Assembly: GCA_035084275.1 (NCBI GenBank)
Contig: JAYJKW010000399.1
Span: 1,550,001 to 1,614,000, forward strand
Direction of reading: 5' to 3'
Origin: Hydrolagus colliei
Lineage: Eukaryota
DNA length: 64,000 nt
Shown: positions 26,086-38,600 of the stretch, piece by piece
How the letters are laid out: the number at the start of each line of letters is the position of its first letter
Numbering within the stretch: position 1 is the first letter of the stretch
Notes under the pieces: model-generated
Told to the model about the DNA's origin: nothing
The model's database searches: none
What the model saw: only the letters and a program-made list of their open reading frames with translations
Translations under genes and position numbers: made by a program

Positions 26086-27289
26086 TTGTTCCAGAACTGT
26101 CTGGTGACAAAAGGAACTATCCTCTAGAAAGACATTTAGGGCGAATGTGAAGAGAGGTAATGGGAGCAGGGGTCGATGGAGATGGAGATGGATGTAATCG
26201 AAAATTTGGAAAGCTTAGGGCCGAGTTTTATTCCCAATGGCAAAATAAATTCATTGCTACAAGACTGACTGTAACTAATGCTGTAACATGAATGTGACTC
26301 GTAAACACATTGAGGTTCACTGCTCTATCATCTGTCCAAAACATTATATTGAGAACATTCTGCGAACGAGGCATAGATTGGTGGCTAACCGAATTCATTT
26401 TGTCCAGCTATAACTGGTTAAATTAACGTATTGAATTAAAGTGCACACTAATCACACGTTGCCTAAAGGCGATGCAAAGAGAGAACACAAGCTGTACTAT
26501 TCATCTAGAAATATACAATGAAAATACTTTACTTGTTTTATTCTTACAATACATTTGCCTGGTGACGATCGTGCATTTGGAACTATTCCCAATGCAAATG
26601 ACACTGTATAATTGTAAATTTACTGAACTGTAGCCTGACCATTATCAACTAGATTTTACGTCATATAATATAAACGGGTAGAGGAAATAATCAAATAATT
26701 AAATTAAATTGATGGGTATGGTGAGCAGAAGGGGTGATAGGGGAACAAATATAAGCACGAATACGCCAAGCGATTGTGGAATAGATTCGCGTCTAATTTT
26801 CGAGTAAAGCTGCGAAAACATGAGGAACAGACCGGGAACGAGACGATTGTATATGCTTCCACGGGAATAGAAACGAAGAGCGAGTTCAAGACAGTCATAA
26901 AACAATTTGCTTTAAAATATCTCCATTATTCACTTGCTGTAGCTGGAAGCCACCAATAGGTGGTGAACTAAGCACACGTATAACATCAGTTTCCATTGCT
27001 GTAACTTGTCACCTGCTTTTCTGTAACTAACATCATTGGCAGCTATCACAGTTGTTTCCTGTTACAGTTGACATTGCTTCCCTCACATACACTATTGCTG
27101 CTTGGTCCGAATTACACAAAGCTTTATCAATCACTGATTAGCACAAGGCTTTTGTTGATCAAAATTGAATTTCTATGTCAATGGATGTATTTCATTGCCT
27201 TTCACGCACAAACACCATGATCGAACTCAATCTTTGTAGCACTCGCCTTGCAAGTGTGAGAGATCTGTTGTCCCTTCTTTTGCCCTGCC

Positions 27290-27760
27290 CTCTCTGTTCA
27301 CTCTGACCCCCATTTCTCCCTGATCTTGCTGTCCATCCACCTTTCCCTCCCTCTCTCTGTTACACCAGCCCAGTTTTCATTCCCTCTCCTTCCTTTCCCT
27401 CTTTACACACTTTCCCCGCATGGCCCCATTTCCGCGAATGTTTGTGGGACACTCCTATGCGCAATTTGTTGCCGCTTTTCGCCCACAAGCATGCAGTCGG
27501 CTTTTCTACTCTTTTCCCCCCTACTCCCCTTCCCCGACACCTCATTTGCCATATTTCCTCTCCTGTTAGCTTAGTCCGAATTATATTACTGTTGATGGGA
27601 CACTGCTGTGCGGAATTTGGTTGATGCGTTTCGCCCACAAAAATACAGTCAAATTTCCCACTCTTCTTCATCCTGCTCCGAGTCCTCTCCCCCTGCTCTT
27701 GTCCGTACCTTCCTGCACAGCGCCTTGAGATGTACTCTTTACGTGAAAGGGGCTGTAGAA
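27290..27760 (+). mobile_element. Second copy of the double-Deu non-autonomous element
   Basis: Two Deu-like boxes (about 27440-27490 and 27595-27650), then 'cttcttcatcctgc...ctcttgtcc..cct..ctg.acagcgccttg.gatgt.ctct..acgtgaaagg'. Collinear with the reverse complement of 19153-19520. Confidence 0.75.
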
Positions 27761-28512
27761 TCTGAATTTTGATTGATTCATTGATTGGTTGAATCCAGGT
27801 AGGTGAGGGCGAAAACTTGGTCAAGTTTCTTTACTTCAGACGGCTAATCGTAATCGCACCAACGATAATGCAATAATAACATTATACATTTCAATCCTCG
27901 ACTGTTTGTGTGTGACGCTGTTTTTCGCAATTGGCTTCCGCTTTCGCTCACAAGTATAGAGTTAATTCACTTAACAGTATATTGTGTGAAGCGCTTTTTG
28001 TGCTATCGACAAATTGTGAAAAGCGCTATGTGAAACGCAATGATTATATTTCTTACTACCACAATGTTTCCATCAAACAATTTAATTTCACTACCTTGAG
28101 TCTCGGTTGTGATATAATTATTTTAACCACTGATTTATAAGAATTCACGATTTATTAAATCATTTAAAGAGCGCCTTTCACGTCGCGAGGACAGTCCCAA
28201 TGGGATGTACAGTTGAGTAGAGACAAGAACAAGGCGGGAGGGGTCGGGAAAGGAGGAAGGAGAGCAGAGAAATTATACTTCTATTATAACAGTAAACTGG
28301 CAGAACAACAAGAAGAAATTTCCATTGTTATTTCTACGTCACAAGGCGTTGGTGCGTCATCTGACTAGTTATGTTTCACAAATCCGGTTTGAAACTATAG
28401 CCATCTGACACAGAGGCGTGTGTGTTGCTCCTCACTCTGCTTTGAGTCACAATTCAGGCCACAATCTCTCATCTCAAAAAGCTCCCATCGAATGACTTGC
28501 TCGCTTGGAATC

Positions 28513-28961
28513 ATGGAGAGTAATCACATTGCTTTCATCCTTTTAATCTTATTGGTCCTTTTATGTAAGTAATTTACTCTCGCTCTGAAGACCATTTGGA
28601 GATTTATCTCTGGTGTGTGCGTTACAGTGACTAACTTGTTCTTTCTGTCTACAGCGACAGCGAATGGAGATAATGTTGAACCATCACAGAGGGAAGTGTC
28701 TGTCACTGAAGGCCAGACTGTGACACTGAGATGGACCTACTCTGCAGGTTTCATCGGTGTTTTGATGTACTGGTACCGTCAGTATCCAGGCCAGCCTCCT
28801 CTGTACACACTGAGACATATTTATGATGGGGACACTTTCAGAGCTAAATTTGCTGAAGATCTTTTCACCACTAGATTGGACACGAGCAGCAAGACATCCA
28901 GTGTAACTGTGCTAGCTGCGACTCTATCTGATTCAGCCACATATTATTGTGGCTTTAGACG
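28513..28961 (+). CDS. TCR alpha/delta-type V segment V3 (leader 28513-28564, V exon 28655-28961); open frame, but first canonical Cys replaced by Trp
   Basis: Leader MESNHIAFILLILLVLL|GTAAGT, 90-nt intron, acceptor CTACAG. Then GDNVEPSQREVSVTEGQTVTLRWTY...WYRQYPGQPP...LSDSATYYCGFR. TGG at 28732-28734. Confidence 0.93.
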
Positions 28962-29000
28962 CACAGTGTTATCTTCAGGTTACACTACCGCACATAAACC
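28962..29000 (+). other. 23-RSS of V3
   Basis: CACAGTG + 23-nt spacer + ACATAAACC (one mismatch to ACAAAAACC). Confidence 0.95.
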
Positions 29001-30919
29001 TAGAAAAAAGAGATGATGTGTTGAATCACAGCACAGCTGTCATTCCTGTCAGTTGACCTATTTCACTACTTGTAAATTTGCTGCTGTGTCTCCCACAGGA
29101 AACACTTGATTAATTCCCAACCACATATAGTAAAATACGTGGTTTCATGTAGGCAAAGAGTTAAATACACGATACTAAATAGAACAATTGTTATTATAAC
29201 AGGTGCTGTTTCTGGAAATAATTAATGCATGAGTCAACACTGGGGATCAATGAAGATCTCCGTACATATTAAAAATATTATTTTACAACGTAGTTATTAT
29301 GTTTAGAAATCTAAATAAAAGTGCTGAATACCATTGTGATGTAAGATGGAGAAGGTGTTTGAATTATTGCAAAGCATTAGTTGGAGTAACGTTATTGAAA
29401 CAAAAATGCTTTATCCACGTGTATACATACACCAACTAGCCCAGTGTTCAGGAATGGACTCCATTAGTGAAAATGAGCCTTTAAATCCACAACTGTTTTT
29501 TCAAACTTGCGAAACATAACGTTTTCTAACCATTTTACAAACATTGGCACTTAAATTTAATTTGTTGTTCAGCCGAATGCTAGACACAATTGTTAACCCA
29601 TCACAATGCTTAGGAATAACAACAACAACAGCAATAGGAGGATTACATTTGTATCTCGGATTTCGCATCAGGAGGACGTACCAAGGTGCTGGACGTTACC
29701 TGCTTCAGACCAGAGCTGACCACAACAACAATAAAATTAGACGTAGATAGCGCCTTTCACGTCTGTGGGACGTCCCACAGTGCTGAACAGTCCGATCGGG
29801 TGGACAGTCGGAGAAGGGTGAAGGGGAAGGAGAGTGGGAGAGAGAGAAGAGTTAGGGAAGCAGCCGAAGACTTGATCGAAGAGAAAGTTCTTGAGACGCA
29901 TTGATGGATGAAAGGGAGGAATCGAAGCAGAGGGGCTGCAGGATGCAGTTCCATAGTGTGAGGGCAGAGGGGTTGAAAACTCGTCTACCGATGGTTGGGC
30001 GGTGTTACAGGACAGACTACTGGGTGGGTTGGAGGGAGTGGGGAAGAATGATTTGCCGAAGGGTCCATCGATGAGCAGAGTCTTGAGTCGAGATTTGAAG
30101 GAAACCCAAACAAAGTTGGAATTCTCATTGCATCCGCCCAACCATGGAAACACTAAATAGATTGTTGGAACATATTGTACACTCTCTCGCTCGACTCCTT
30201 CTTCTCAGTTAATTCCAGAATTTACTACGTACATTTTGGCAACGCTAAGGGTTCGAGATATCCCAGATTGTATCTTTGGTTAACTTTGGTTGGAATCTAA
30301 TCCCCTAAAGCCATGTATTGTGCCATAGGTATCGCTCTCTTGCAATCTTTCCCACTGCTTGCCCGTCTAGGATGTGCAGCTAATTGGATACAGATCAATC
30401 CTCACAAGCGAGAGAATTGGGTTCGATTCTCAGCAGTGCGAAACGATGGGCAAGTTTCCTAAAACCGCATTGTTCTCTGCATTGAAGTAATTAACAATTT
30501 GGTTGTGAATTGAAGACAGTCTCCTTTTCCGCAAATAATAATATTTTTACAATAATACGAATAATCATTTGATCACTTAACCCGTGTATTTTTAGGGTGA
30601 CGCTGCTGAGTACCACGATTTTACAAAAGTATATTCTGAATTAGCATGACAGTATAATATATGTAGTGTTTTGAGATTTGTCTGGACGATGTGGTAAGGC
30701 GCTATAATTCAAGGAAGTGTTTTGTTCTATTATTCTGATAATGTTCACATGAGGGCTTTGATTCGCAAGGTTAACAAGTGATGAGTCAGAGTTATTCCTA
30801 TCCCAATTATCTGATGAGTAACGCAGTATGAAAGCAATCGGTTGCTATATTAGGAACACAGTTGAGATGACAGTGAGGTGAAGTGAGACTGTGGGCTCCG
30901 TCAATGGCGACAATTACTC

Positions 30920-30927
30920 TGATGTCA
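30920..30927 (+). promoter_or_regulatory. CRE-like TGATGTCA motif upstream of the V4 leader
   Basis: Lies about 30 nt 5' of the V4 ATG and resembles the CRE-type decamer of TCR V promoters. CRE half-sites and a TGAGTCA also occur upstream of V3 (28335-28449). Confidence 0.5.
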
Positions 30928-30958
30928 CAGACACCAACGGCACAGACACAAAGCAGCA

Positions 30959-32281
30959 ATGGGGCTGTTTTCTGTGTGTCTTGTGCTGGGAATATTTAAG
31001 TCAGGTGAGGTGGACTTGTGCTAATTCGGTGTTCCTGCTGAAGGTCACAGCATTTCAACACTTTTTTTGAACCAGACGTAATCATTCCATTTGATGTAGC
31101 GCTTTCCACTTTTTATACACGTCGAATAGCGCTTGATGGAATATACTGTACAGTGAATTGACTCTATATTTGTGAGTGAGCGAAACGCGGCAGCCAGTTG
31201 CATTTAAAATGCATCCTTCGCAAACATTTGTGGATTGAAATGACCATTTTTTTATTGTATGTTTTGGGATGGAATATTATTAAGCGTGTCGAATAAGGAA
31301 ACTTCGCCAAGGGTTCGCCCTGACCTACCAGGATTCGAGCATACGTCTCACGCTTGTAAGACGCGTGCTGGAAACACTGAGCTGCAGTGGGTAGACCTAT
31401 AGCTCAGTATTTACATCACTTGCTTCACATGCGAGAGGGCCTGGGTTCAGTAACCGGGAGGGTGAACGCTTTGGCAAGTTTCCCTTCTGCGCCTTATCAA
31501 GCATTTTCTATGCTTACTCGACTCACAAGCCTTTCTTTACTGTCAGCAAGTTCGAATCAGTATGATTCCCCATTCAATTGAAATGAGCGAATATAAATAC
31601 AACTAATAAAAATGTCTCCACTCAATAATATTAGCTTATAGGAGGGTGGATTGTTACGAGGATAATATTGCTTTGAGAATTTTCAATGTAAATTTGACAC
31701 ATGATTCCACGACTGTTTGTGAGAGACTGCTGTGTGCAATTGCCTGCACTCTTTCGCCCACAAGATGCAGGTTAAATCACTTTATAGCCTATCCAAATAT
31801 ATAAATGACCTATTAATGGTTTATATTGTATTAGTTGATTATTATGATTCCATTAACAAGAAACTACAGGGGCATAGATCCTTTCCCTTTTGGAAGGACG
31901 GCCCAAGGCGCTGAAACATGAATTCAGCCAAAGTGTGAATAACACTTTATCGTTTCTCTGTTGCAGACCAGTGTAGTGGGGACTCTGTCAGTCAGCCGGA
32001 TGTCACGATGGTTAAGACAGAAGTAGGAAATATGACTTTACAATGTACATGTACCACCACTGAAAGCGATTACGCCCTTTCCTGGTACCGATTTACCCCA
32101 GGGAAGCCGCTAGAGTTTATATTTCTGAAATATTCTTGGAGTGACAGTCAACGCAAAGGAAGAGGATTTGGAGATCGTTTCGACACTCAGCTGTGGAAAT
32201 TAAATTATTCTACCAGTTTGTCCATCACTGAGCTGCTGGTGTCTGACAGCGCTGTGTATCTCTGTGCCATTCGACCCTCAT
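30959..32281 (+). CDS. TCR delta/alpha-type V segment V4 (leader 30959-31004, V exon 31967-32281), apparently intact
   Basis: Leader MGLFSVCLVLGIFKS|GTGAG, acceptor TTGCAG. Then DQCSGDSVSQPDVTMVKTEVGNMTLQCTCTTTESDYALSWYRFTPGKPLEFIF...SLSITELLVSDSAVYLCAIRP. Both canonical Cys and the Trp are present, with no stops. Confidence 0.93.
31070..31800. mobile_element. Two Deu-SINEs inserted head-to-head in the V4 leader intron
   Basis: Minus copy about 31070-31385. Plus copy has its head at about 31390-31495 and a Deu box near 31710-31780. Confidence 0.75.
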
Positions 32282-32320
32282 CACAGTGATAGACACAGGC
32301 CACTGACGCAGACACTTCCT
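32282..32320 (+). other. 23-RSS of V4 with a divergent nonamer
   Basis: CACAGTG + 23 nt + ACACTTCCT. Confidence 0.85.
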
Positions 32321-32526
32321 CTCGTACACACACTCTCCGTCACACACAAACAGAAATTCTTTAATCCCCCACCTCGCCCCCGGCCACACACACAACCCTA
32401 CCGTACACACACACCACATAAACATGCTCCCGCACGCACGCAGGCACCCACCACACCGACACACACCTCACACACAGAACCACACGTCACACACACACCT
32501 CCACTGTTAATAAGCAGTGCACTGAT

Positions 32527-32875
32527 TTTAATAATAATAATAATAATAATCCTTGCATTTGAAATAGCGCTTTTCACATCTTATCGACGTCCCAAAGCGC
32601 TTTACATAATATACTGTAAAGTGAATTGACTGTGTATATGTGGGCGAAACGCGGCAGCCAATTGCACACAGCAGTGTCCCACAAACAGTCGTGGAGTGAA
32701 TGACCAATTTTATTATTGTGTTTTTTTTGGACGGATTATTATTAGGCGTGTGTGTGGAGTAAGGAAACTTGCCCAAGGTTGCGCCCTGATCCGCCTGGAT
32801 TCGAACACAGGTTTCCCCAGCTTGGTCTCCCCTGCTTGCAAGACAAGTGCTCTAACCACTGAGCAACAGGAGCTC
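32527..32875 (-). mobile_element. Near full-length tRNA-derived Deu-domain SINE
   Basis: On the minus strand: an A/B-box head (gctcagtggttagagcacttgtcttgcaag...ttcgaatcc), a Deu core (gggacactgctgtgtgcaattggctgccgcgtttcgccc), an L2-like tail and (TTA)n. Confidence 0.9.
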
Positions 32876-33189
32876 CATAAACCATTTAGGTTCCTTTAGG
32901 TTCCAAAATAACTGATGATGCCGTGTTGGATGATGTTTGCTTGTATTCTTACTTATTCCATCAAAATCATTATAAACCTTTACAAACACAAACCCAACAC
33001 ATTATAAAACATCACAAACATAAACAGAGCAACACTACCAGACGACTGTTGGTTTTGAATTATTTATTTGCCTCGCAGAATTTCCGGAGAGTTGTTTTTT
33101 GGAGAATGGCCCGCCTGGTAGAGATTCCGGAGAGCTCTAAACTTCACCGACTTTAACAATAACAACAGCAACCACAACATTATACTTCC

Positions 33190-34200
33190 ATAGCGCATTT
33201 CACGTCAGCAGGACGACACAAGGCGCTAGACAGTCACTGCTTGAAACGCAAGCTGAGCACAGGTGCGGGAGTGAAGGTGACGATTAGGAATGACTGGTGG
33301 GTGCATCGAACAGTAGGGTAGGCGAAGGGCAGGTTGGTAAGGTGATAGGATGTTACAGATGTAGGCTGTGGCGAATTTGAAGTGGGCTTTAAATGCGAGG
33401 TCCCGGATCTTGAGTTGGATTCTCTGGATGATGGGGAGCCAATGAAGTCGGGCGAGAATGGAGAAAATGGTGACACGGAGAGTTGAACGGTAGTGGACAC
33501 GGGCGGCAAAGTTTTCGATTATCTTCAGAATGCGCAGGGAGGAGTTGGGAAGGCCGAGCAGTAGGGGGTTTGCAAAATGAACCCGGGATGTAGCTAAGGC
33601 CACAAATACATAGTAAATTCACTTTACCGTGTATTCTGTGAAGCGTTTAGGGACATTGATAAGATGTGAAAAGCCCTATATCAAAGCAAGGATTGTTACT
33701 GCTGTATTATAAGGCGTGGATGATAGCTTCAGCCGCTTTGGTGATGTGGTTGTGGCGGAGTCGGGCAATGTTGTGGAGATCCGGATAGCAAGAGGGTGTC
33801 ATTGCTTCGATGTGGTGAAGGAAAGATAGTTGAGTGTCGACCAAGACACCTAGGCTCCTGATTGGCTTGCTGAGTTTGAGTGTGAAACCATGGTGGTTGA
33901 TGCTACCAGCGCCTGATGCATGAAGTTGCTGGCTTGAGCCAATCAGCAGGGGATTCTATCCTTTGGACATTCAACTGCAGAAAGTTAGCTATCATCCATT
34001 ACTTCATGTCTGAAAGACATTCTGTCAAGTCACTGGTAGTTCTGGAGTCGAGGGTAGAGGCAAAGAGAGAGAGGTGGATGCTCATCCACGCACATGTGGA
34101 AGTTAACGTCTGCAGATGGTGTCAACAAGTAGGATCATGTAAAGTTTGAAAAGTAAGGGGCCGAGAGACAAAGCCTTGGTGAATATCACAGGTGACAGTG
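33190..34200 (-). mobile_element. L2 LINE fragment
   Basis: The minus ORF reads LLLGLPNSSLRILKIIENFAARV...ILARLHWLPIIQRIQLK. Confidence 0.85.
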
Positions 34201-34739
34201 TCGGTGCTAGAATAGAAACTTTTACAAAGTTCAGACCCACGGAAACCAACTATGGCGTGCCAAATCCTTCTTTAATCAAACGATATAAATGAATAGCAAT
34301 ATACAATATAGCGATACACTTAACAGATTATTATTACGAATAGTATCTATTAATGTAATGATATAAATGACTACGAAATACACATTATAGCGTGACACTT
34401 GACAAATTAAGTACCACTTTGATTCACAAAACATCTGATAAATAATCGATATAGCAATGCATTACACGGGCTGGCCATTTTTCTCCTCGGGGATAATCGA
34501 ACTCGTCCCATAGCTACCACTCCCCTGAGCGGTGTATATTTTCATACATATATATGCAACCCTAACAAACGCAAGCATTTCGTTCTATTAGACCCTGGAC
34601 TCACATAACCTACGTAGCTATTTAACTGAGCGCCAAGTACAGCCGCCTGCCTTTGCAACTGGCCCTTCACTACCTGCAAAACAGAACAACTGGAGGGACA
34701 CCCGTTCCAGCAGTTTAATGCAATAATACAATGATAACT

Positions 34740-34965
34740 TATTCAAATACAATAATATATAATATAATAATATATAATATAATAATATGCAATCTAATTA
34801 TATATAATATAATAATATGGAATCTAATTATATATCTTAATACACTAATATAATGATAATCTAATAACATTCTAGAATAATATAATCGCAAGATAATAAC
34901 TTAGCTATGACAGTAATAAAACATAAATAATAAAAATACTAAAACAACCAATTATACATATTCAG
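34740..34965. repeat. AT-rich low-complexity (TAA/TATAA) tract
   Basis: Imperfect tandem aatataat units. Confidence 0.8.
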
Positions 34966-35002
34966 TAACAATAGGGGGGGCGTGTCTCCCTGCCTCTCCC
35001 GT

Positions 35003-35170
35003 CAATCACCGGTTACCAGGGTAACACAAATGTCCCTCTCAACAGTGGATGGAGAAGACGTGCTGACGTCACGGGAGGGCGTGAAACAGGCCGCGTCATC
35101 AAACTGCTTGAACCTGTCACGTGATTGAAGTCCGAAATGGCAGCGACAGAGACAATGGGGAGAAGGTGAG
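35003..35170 (+). promoter_or_regulatory. Promoter-like cassette copy 1 (CAAT - RFX palindrome - CRE - E-box - ATGGCAGCG - donor)
   Basis: CAATCAC at 35003, GTTACCAGGGTAAC at 35012-35025, TGACGTCA at 35064-35071, CACGTG at 35118, AAATGGCAGCGACAGAG at 35135, AG|GTGAGA at 35166. Confidence 0.6.
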
Positions 35171-36599
35171 ACGCAGAGATTTCTCTACAGTCTGAAGCAG
35201 ACAGGGAGGGAGAGGGTGTGAATGTGGCAGAGAGGGAGATATATATATACTTACATAGGCTTGTGAAAGAGATACATATCATGACATATACAGGAAGAGA
35301 GAGAGAGAGAGATCACACAGCAGCCTGAGATACACTCACACACACAAACACAGGGAGATACGTGCACAGGGGGAGAGTCATCCAAAGTCTTTGTCCAACT
35401 CTGTGAAACTGGGACACGCAAACACACCCGAGAGAGGGAGACACACAGGCAAATACCCTCGCAGCCTCACATAAAGAGAGAGACGCGTTCATAGGCCTTA
35501 AACACATTGGGAGAGTGATGTAAACATACAATGAGAGAGTGGGCGGGCGGGGGGTGGTAGTGGGCGTGAGCTTAGCAACACAAATATAGAGCGAGAGGGA
35601 GGACACGCATATATGTGGGCATCAAAAATCATAGACACAGACACTCAATGGGACATGCTCTCACATATCTCCTTCCCACCCCCCCTCCCCCCTACACACT
35701 CTCCCTCTCTCATGTACAACCCCCCACCTCACACACACATTCCTCCCTCACACACTCAAAACATGTTCATCTACACAATCCCCCCGGACACACAAGCCCT
35801 TACACACAACAACCCCCCCCACACAAAATTCCCCTCACACTCAAACCTTCCCTTACAGACAACACCTCTTTACACACACACCACCTCACACACGTAACGC
35901 CCCTCAAAAATTCACAAATACATACAAGCAGGAACTCTAGTCCGTCCCCGTCCACCCGCAAATCTACCTTCACGCGCACCTACCACTATGTCACATAAAC
36001 ATACTCATTACTCGCAAAACCCATACACACAATCCATGCACACCCATCCCATACAACGTCCACTCACACACTCCTACAACACTCATACAACCCGCAAACA
36101 GTCCCCACTCACTCCTCCCCACCTCACACATATGACCGCACATATCCGGGACAACACACAACACCAAATACAAACACAAGCCTAACACACACCCCGCTCT
36201 CACACATACCCCTCATGCATCCCCATCAGACTCCCCCTTAAACACACAACACTTCCCTCACATACGCAACCACACCTCACATAAACAGCACCGTCTCATG
36301 CACAACCCCCCACCTCACACACACATTCCTCCCTCACACACTCAAAACATGTTCATCTACACAATCCCCCGGACACACAAGCCCTTACACACAACAACCC
36401 CCCACACACAAAATTCCCCTCACACTCAAACCTTCCCTTACAGACAACACCTCTTTACACACACACCACCTCACACACGTAACGCCCCTCAAAAATTCAA
36501 TCTACTCTCACACATACAACCCTCTCACACACAAACCCCACGACCATTCCCAAAGCAACCACCCACCCACATCAATCAAACTCCTTGCAACCATACATA

Positions 36600-37290
36600 A
36601 AATATCCAAAAACTTGGATGACACTAAATTAGGAGAGAGAGTCAACAGGAGGGATAACATTTTAGTTCATGACAAAAGGGGCAGTATATACGGGTAGGGG
36701 AGTGTTGCTGCAGCTGTAAAGGGCTCTGATGAGGCAGCCTCTGGAATATTTTGACTAGTTTTGGTCTCCTTATTCAAGCAAATATGTACTCGCCTTGGAG
36801 TGCGTTCAACGTAGATTCACTAGGTTTCTATCTGGGATGAGGGGAATGAGATTCATGGATAGGTTGAGCAATCTAGGTCTATATTCTCCAGAAAGTAGAA
36901 GAATTAGATGTGCTCTTATAGAAAACTATCAGATTATTAAGGAGCAAGACAGAGTACACAGTGGAAGACTGTGTATTCTGGTTGGAGAAACTGTAACCAG
37001 GGGTCACAGTCTGAAAATTAGGGGTCAACCCTTTCGCACTGAGTGGAGAAAACATTTCTTCACTCAGGTTGTTGTAAATTTATGCAACTCTCTACCCCGA
37101 AGTGCTGCGGATGCTAATTTCTTGAACATATTCAAGACTGTGATTGATAGATTTCTTGTGGATCAAGGGATTAAGGGACATCGTGATAAGGCTGATAAGT
37201 GGAGCTAGAATAGTTCAGCAATGATCATATTGAAAGGTGGTGCAGACTCGAGAGCCTGAAAGGACTACTCCTGCTCCTATTGTTGATGTT
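36600..37290 (+). mobile_element. CR1 LINE 3' fragment
   Basis: ECVQRRFTRFLSGMRG...RGHSLKIRGQPFRTEWRKHFFTQ, followed by the CR1 3' end 'ctactcctgctcctatt'. Confidence 0.9.
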
Positions 37291-38329
37291 CATACACCCT
37301 CACCCCATCGCGTGCACATATATGCCCCCCTACCTACATACATTCTCTCCGTTTCTGTGTGCATCTCTCGTACACACTTAGTCTGCCTGTGTCTCTCACA
37401 CACTCACTGAGAGAAAGAGAGACAGAGAAGGACAAACACATACCCGCTGAGACACAGTGTGAAAAAGACAAATAGAGATTCGGAAACACACACACAACCA
37501 TTCTCTCTGACCACACAACTCTGTGTCTCCTGTCATCCAAAATGACACGCAAATGCAGATATAGACAGAACCACACAATTGACACTCAACCATATACACT
37601 GCCCTCTGTTTGTCTGAGGCTTACATGCACACTGAATTACACAGAGATAGAGAGACACGGAATGAGAGACATACACATCCACAGATAAACGTTGGAATCC
37701 CCTCTCTCTGCCTCAATGTGTCTCTGTATTACTGAGACAGTAATAACATACACACACACACAGAAACACTAACATCCTCTCTTTAGACTGAGCTACACCC
37801 ACTTAGAGACACTCACACAGACCTTTTTGTTTGTCTCTCTCGCATACAGGCCTCTGTCTCTGGAAATCAGAAATCACAGATGACATTGTGCATACACTCA
37901 TTCTCTCACACGTACATACAGCGAAACACTGTACGCCACTCTTTATGTTTTTCTGTGTCTAATAATAAACTTTGCAATTGGTATAGTGCCTCATTCCGTC
38001 TTTGAGGCATCACAAAATGCTTTACTGCATGATCAATAGATTAAGGTGATTATGTTTTGTGAGCAAAATATGGAATTCAATGTCTCTGTCTTTGTGGTGT
38101 GTGAGAGTCAACGTACGTGTGTGTGTGTACATCAGACTGTGTGTATGTGATCATGTGCATGTGAGTGTGAGTGTATGTGAGAGTGTGTGAATGTTAGTGT
38201 GCCTATATGGGTGTGTGTATGTGTTGATTGCAATTAGCGAGTGAGAGGGCCTGGTCTGGATTCCTCGATGGGTTAGGATGAAATGTTGGGTAATTTTCCT
38301 GAATTCACACAAGGTTTTGTTTACCACCA

Positions 38330-38600
38330 GCACTAATACTAATAATCCTTGCTTTTGATATCGTGCTTTATCATGTGTTCTGTACATCCCAACTATCTTC
38401 ACGGATTATACAGTGAAGTGAAGTGAATGTATGTTTGTAGTAGAATCTCGGAAGTCAATTGCAGGAGAGTGTCCCACAAACAGTCGTGGATTGAAGTGAC
38501 CGATTTTGTTTTCGGGATTATTATCAGGCCTGTGTGTGGAGTAAGGAAACTTGTACAAGGTTTCGACCTCAGCTGGCAGACTCCAGTAGGTCGAAAAATG
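38330..38600 (-). mobile_element. Deu-domain SINE, partial
   Basis: Reverse-oriented Deu core, 'aaggaaacttg' and tail. Confidence 0.75.

Noticed and set aside
34197-34980. Possible solo LTR in reverse orientation
   Set aside because: A TGT start and a tttaat motif are present, but I could not define a matching end, TSD, PBS or PPT.
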